Positions 54,527 through 58,636 of a stretch of DNA of 58,636 nt are shown one piece after another. The position numbers were made by a program, and so were the translations under genes. Under the pieces are notes generated by a model. The model did no database searches and had not been told where the DNA came from. It saw only the letters and a list, made by a program, of their open reading frames with translations. Source of the DNA: Candidatus Cloacimonadota bacterium (lineage in GTDB: Bacteria > Cloacimonadota > Cloacimonadia > Cloacimonadales > Cloacimonadaceae). Numbering within the stretch: position 1 is the first letter of the stretch; every line of letters starts with the position of its first letter. The stretch covers positions 1-58,636 of the forward strand of contig JARRCD010000001.1 in the NCBI GenBank assembly GCA_029982875.1, in the 5' to 3' direction.

Positions 54527-57500
54527 TTCATTAGCATCATCTTCCGGCTAATACTTTGACCATTACTTTGTATACGATAGCTGTAGATTCCAGTAGCTAC
54601 GGGGTTGCCACGGTTATCTTTGCCATCCCAGGTAAGAGTATTTTGTCCGGCTTTAAGCTTTTCATTGACCAGGGTTTTTACCAATTGACCCCTCATATTG
54701 TATATGCTTAGACGCACGTGTTGAGTCTGAGGCAGACTAAAACTGATATGCGTGGTAGGATTAAAGGGATTGGGGTAGTTTTGCATCAGAGTCATAGCGG
54801 TTGGAGTACTGATTGGATCAATGCTGGAAGTAGGACCTGGCAGCAAGCGCACATCGTCAATATACCAGCCTTCTCCGGCCACATAGCCATCACTGCCAAA
54901 GACAAAACGGAATCTGGCTATTCCCGAATATTCTCCCAAATCAAATTCTGCTTCAGTCCATCCGAAAGAGCCTGAATAAACAGCGGTTCCGGGCTCGAAA
55001 GGAGAAGCAGGATTGTCCACTATATGATGCGTATACCCCCCGCTCGGTTCGATGGCAAACCATTCTCCGTCATCCAAAGACATTTGCACTAAGCCTCCAT
55101 CCCAGGCTTGGCTGGGATTATCCTCATTTTCCTCAGCGTCCATCCAATGCCAAAAGCTGAAAGTGGAATTGGGGGTAAGCACAAACTCGGGAGAGATCAA
55201 GGCGCCATGTGCACTGGAAGCATATTGAGCATTTCCGTCAAAACCAAATTTCATCGAATACATACCCGCTGCAGTGTAGTTGCGCTGAGAGGAGCGGTGC
55301 CATTGATCTATATAACCGGCAGAAAGAGTGCTATGTGTCCATCCTTGGAAATCCGGTTCAAAATCGTGAGTTTGCATGCCTATATTGATCAGAAAGCTTC
55401 CTTCCACCACATTGCCGTTTTCTGCAGACAATATATAGTTAACCGCTAATCTGTTCCCAGTTTCTGCCAGCTCAGATATACTCACCGAAAAGGCATTCTC
55501 TACTGCTACCGTGCTGCCATGTTCCAGGACCGGAATACTCAGCTCAAAGACGCTGGTATTTACCATGCTATCGTTGGAAAATAGCATCATTATAGGCTCA
55601 AAGGCATTTCCACTCCCGGTATTTTGGATGCTGAAACTAATCCCTACTGTATCGCCGGGCATGGCATAAGAACCTTCGCATTGCACCCTGTAGCTAACCA
55701 AGTTCAGATTCGGTGCGGCAAGCACTATCTGCGCATAAGAAGCTGTCTCATATTCGCCAAAATTAGCGGTAAAAGTGAGAGGGGCCTGAGTGGCATCGGC
55801 AAAATTGCCCGTAACCTGGATTTGAAAAGCATTTTCCGCCCAGAGACTATCGGAAGCGTTAATGCTCTCAAAGCTATATTCACCATCCAGAATCTCGATA
55901 TTGGGTGAATCGCTGCTCAAAGATATGATCCCACTTCCCACCAAGTCTACCAGTCCCAGGTTCTTTATCGTCATCGAGAGATCTACCACTTCTGAAGTAT
56001 GGATAATACCATCATCGTCATTGAAGCTTAGACCTTCGCATACTATGTAGGGCATCTCGCTTGAAGTCACAGAGAAGTTATGCGCATAGGGATAGAAATT
56101 AGGTGCATTTACATATAAGCTGTAGTTTCCGGGGATCAGACCCTCACTGAGACTCACTTCGCATACCCCGGTTGCGTCGCTTATGCCTTCATAAAAAATC
56201 TCTGCACCTTGCTTGATCTTGATCTGAGCATTAGGCGCATTGGTCTGAATGGTATACTGCGTCATCCCCACCAGCCAGATTGAGGGCAGATTCACGGATA
56301 GCACAGCGGGAGTGTCAGACCAGATATTAGTTAGCGGGCAACCTAAAAGGTTAGTCTCATAAGTAACCCAATACATTACAGCGCTGCCGGTTATAAAGGG
56401 TATGTTATCGATTTTTGAATCCACCAAAGTATAACCCAATTGATGGATATTTTCTCCGAAGATGGCATCGATATACTCGCGATGTAAATATTGACTGGCG
56501 CCATTGGTCGAGCCCTGTACTCCCCATCCATAGCGGGAATGGGAGATCATCCCTGCTGCTGCGGTGGGCAGGCTGGTAAACTTTTCGCTAATGCAATCTG
56601 TAGTATAAGAATTGGGATTAGTGTCCCGGTTGTCAAAGCTGCCAGCATAGCAACCTTGGGTAAAGTAGATGGAAAAGTTGTGCAGCGCACCATCGTTTGT
56701 GATCGAATTTGCAGTAACCTGATTATTTGAAATTCGCATATTGTAGGTGGTATTTGAGTGCCCCTGATGATTCACCAGATTGGCCCCTTGAGAAAGCATA
56801 GGCAATATGTCCATGCTACCCCAGGCATCAGAATATCCGCTGGTGCGGTCATAAAGCGTATCGATATCCCAGGTAGTCGGGACTCCCACCGTTGTATAGC
56901 CATGAGCACTCGAGCCTCCAATCAGCTCATCCATGTAATCTCCACCCCAAGTAGGGCCGTCCCACAGCCATTCCCCCACAAAAAGTGAGCTCTTCACCTG
57001 ATTTTCTACCGGAGCCATTTGATACATACTGATTTTGTTGATCTGGTTCAAAATCTCTTCATCACTATTATAACATATTCTTCCCAAAGCCAGCTCAGGA
57101 ACTAAATCTGCTTCCTGACCTTCGCCCCAGTATTGATCGTTATCATAATTCCAATTCCCATCCAGACATGAATAGTACATATCGGCAGGAATGTCTTCAT
57201 CGGTTTCGCCTTCGTAGCCCATTGAAACATACAGGCCGCGATGTGGGATAAGATCTGTATCTCCGCCCAACAGCACATAACGGAGTGGATTCTCCTCATA
57301 AGCTGCGATGATGAAATTCCTGATTTTCTCTTGATCATCTTGCCCTTCCATAGTAGTGAGAATCTGGTTTATAGGTTGGATCAAAACCGTTATTCCCCTA
57401 CTCTCATAATAATTTGCCAAAGGCTGCCAAAGCGAGATTTTTTCGGCATCCACCAGCATCAGATATTCATATCCACTCTCTCTATATAGTGAATAGCTGG

Positions 57501-58107
57501 GGATGTCCGCGGCATTATCTACGCTCTGGTGCAATCTGTTTTCGATAAAACTATCCTTTTTCAGCAAATTCAAGGCTGATACTGCCTTAGCGCTGGAGCT
57601 ATACTGGATTTCTATCTCGATATCCGAGAAAAAAAGCAAAGTTGAATTCTGGGGATCATATTCAAAAGGTGAAAACACTCCAAAAGCTACCGGATGTCCA
57701 TTCATGTATTCTGTCCGAAGTCCTCTATCGGCTTTTAGGGGAAAGACCTTCTCCGACATATAGATTTCTGCATTGGGCTCGGCTAAAGGCTCCAAAGTTT
57801 TGTGTGATAAAGGATACTGGGGCTGTAAGGGATAGACAATATCCTCCAGGGGAAAACGCACTGCAGAATAGCGTTTTACTATTACTTCACTGGCTTCTGT
57901 GCCAAGTGGCAGTAGCAATTTGTACCCAAACCACGGGAGGTCCGGATCCCCTACATTCCCATAACTCTGAGTGCCATCCAGTTTTATCTGAATACCATGC
58001 TCTGTCTTGATCAATTCCGGGGTGTTCAGGTGATAGCTGAATGTCACTCCAGCAGATAATACGGTGATTGCAAATATCATGCCTATGACAAGGGTAAGTG
58101 CTTTCAT
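54523..58107 (-). CDS. secreted gingipain-like (C25) cysteine peptidase with T9SS C-terminal domain
   Basis: Signal peptide MKALTLVIGMIFAITVLSA. C25 core YLMLVD..., LLGGDTDLIP, ADMYYSCLDG, His VNHQGHSN, Cys FTQGCYAGSF. Ig-like repeats. MAM-like domain. C-terminus YPNPFNPTTHISFSL...GIYSYRI. Confidence 0.8.
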   Translation of the reverse strand: MKALTLVIGMIFAITVLSAGVTFSYHLNTPELIKTEHGIQIKLDGTQSYGNVGDPDLPWFGYKLLLPLGTEASEVIVKRYSAVRFPLEDIVYPLQPQYPLSHKTLEPLAEPNAEIYMSEKVFPLKADRGLRTEYMNGHPVAFGVFSPFEYDPQNSTLLFFSDIEIEIQYSSSAKAVSALNLLKKDSFIENRLHQSVDNAADIPSYSLYRESGYEYLMLVDAEKISLWQPLANYYESRGITVLIQPINQILTTMEGQDDQEKIRNFIIAAYEENPLRYVLLGGDTDLIPHRGLYVSMGYEGETDEDIPADMYYSCLDGNWNYDNDQYWGEGQEADLVPELALGRICYNSDEEILNQINKISMYQMAPVENQVKSSLFVGEWLWDGPTWGGDYMDELIGGSSAHGYTTVGVPTTWDIDTLYDRTSGYSDAWGSMDILPMLSQGANLVNHQGHSNTTYNMRISNNQVTANSITNDGALHNFSIYFTQGCYAGSFDNRDTNPNSYTTDCISEKFTSLPTAAAGMISHSRYGWGVQGSTNGASQYLHREYIDAIFGENIHQLGYTLVDSKIDNIPFITGSAVMYWVTYETNLLGCPLTNIWSDTPAVLSVNLPSIWLVGMTQYTIQTNAPNAQIKIKQGAEIFYEGISDATGVCEVSLSEGLIPGNYSLYVNAPNFYPYAHNFSVTSSEMPYIVCEGLSFNDDDGIIHTSEVVDLSMTIKNLGLVDLVGSGIISLSSDSPNIEILDGEYSFESINASDSLWAENAFQIQVTGNFADATQAPLTFTANFGEYETASYAQIVLAAPNLNLVSYRVQCEGSYAMPGDTVGISFSIQNTGSGNAFEPIMMLFSNDSMVNTSVFELSIPVLEHGSTVAVENAFSVSISELAETGNRLAVNYILSAENGNVVEGSFLINIGMQTHDFEPDFQGWTHSTLSAGYIDQWHRSSQRNYTAAGMYSMKFGFDGNAQYASSAHGALISPEFVLTPNSTFSFWHWMDAEENEDNPSQAWDGGLVQMSLDDGEWFAIEPSGGYTHHIVDNPASPFEPGTAVYSGSFGWTEAEFDLGEYSGIARFRFVFGSDGYVAGEGWYIDDVRLLPGPTSSIDPISTPTAMTLMQNYPNPFNPTTHISFSLPQTQHVRLSIYNMRGQLVKTLVNEKLKAGQNTLTWDGKDNRGNPVATGIYSYRIQSNGQSISRKMMLMK

Positions 58108-58438
58108 AATCCAACCTTTAAATTCATGTTTTGTTCCTAATTATGATATGCAAACCACATTCCAAAGAGCATAAAAGTTGCGACTTGCTAACTGTATTAA
58201 TTACCCCAAACTTGGCTACATACTAAAAAGATGCACTTGCATATTAGGCGCACAGCTGTATTCCTTTTCTGATTTCAGCGAAACCTGAGCATCATAAGAG
58301 GCCCTCCTTCGCTTCAGCCAGGAGGGACTCAAGTGACTTACAAATGGAGTTTGACAAACAGTGGGTCCGGCGCCTTCGCAATTCTCCTAAAAAGCCACTC
58401 TGCGGATACCAAGCTTGAGGTTCACCAAACCATGTCTT

Positions 58439-58511
58439 CCTGCTTTGTACTGCTCCAGCAATACGCCACCATTGCGCCTGCGAGGCGTAATGGTGCAGCT
58501 ATCTGATTGAG
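58439..58511. repeat. 73-nt conserved hairpin element (copy B)
   Basis: 62/73 identical to 33778..33850. The 13-bp stem caccattgcgcct / aggcgtaatggtg is fully paired here on the + strand (one G:U). Confidence 0.75.
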
Positions 58512-58636
58512 AAACAAGCGCTGTACTCACAAAGAAGGGGCTGTCAAACCTACGCTATGACAGCAGCGACAAAGTGCTGATGAGATTGTTCAAAAGCACA
58601 ACCATCTTCAGCCGCTTTCCTTGTTTTCTTTGAGAA

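Noticed and set aside
58577-58584. CUGAUGAG, the hammerhead ribozyme core heptamer, near the window end.
   Set aside because: No stem II hairpin followed by GAAA, and no stem III/cleavage-site arrangement downstream. A 7-8-mer is expected by chance several times in 58 kb.
58550-58636. A possible 3' end of a - strand gene entering from beyond the window (…FSKKTRKAAEDGCAFEQSHQHFVAAVIA*).
   Set aside because: Only 28 codons are visible, other frames are similarly open, and there is no recognisable motif. This is insufficient to call.

Overview
This 58,636-bp window is chromosomal DNA, probably from an uncultured anaerobic, amino-acid-fermenting diderm bacterium. That placement (FCB/Cloacimonadota-like) is a low-confidence inference from a butyrate kinase and four secreted cysteine peptidases (one C11, three C25). 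All four carry C-terminal sorting domains of the T9SS kind (...NPFNPTT.I.F.L...). I call 44 protein genes and one tRNA-Ala(GGC). Coding density is high, and many neighbouring genes overlap by 4-8 nt (ATGA, GTGA, TAATG, ATGAGTAA), which defines tight operons. The operons are: EF-G-like/yebC/ruvC/ruvA/rsmB/PASTA; ppiD-like then phosphohexomutase; transketolase/SGNH/MBOAT/manA; PP-loop/MBL/guaA; ABC-F/HgdB-like/mnmA; grx/marR/osmC/trx; pyrB-C-K-D; and C25 peptidase/sirtuin/cyclase-ATPase-TPR. I recognised no rRNA, CRISPR array, transposase, integrase or phage gene. The signals that gene calls do not explain are mostly intergenic. (1) Four perfect DnaA boxes plus an AT-rich tract lie within 108 bp at 14577..14684. 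(2) A four-copy tandem repeat at 24900..25252 has units that differ only in the number (1-5) of nested ATAACGS heptads; it sits upstream of two tandem C25 peptidase genes. (3) A 52-nt element built on 11-bp direct repeats (AGGACTTGATC) occurs at three intergenic loci. (4) A 73-nt hairpin element occurs in two copies (85% identical). (5) An 827-bp gene-free region holds a 21-bp hairpin that is strand-specific because of its G:U pairs, plus nested inverted repeats. At the protein level, the notable items are a divergent EF-G paralogue lacking the catalytic His, a kinase-less PASTA protein, an orphan HgdB-like protein wedged between ABC-F and MnmA, and a secreted peptidase translationally coupled to a sirtuin and a cyclase-STAND-TPR protein. 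All protein identifications rest on motif recognition by eye; no database search was run.
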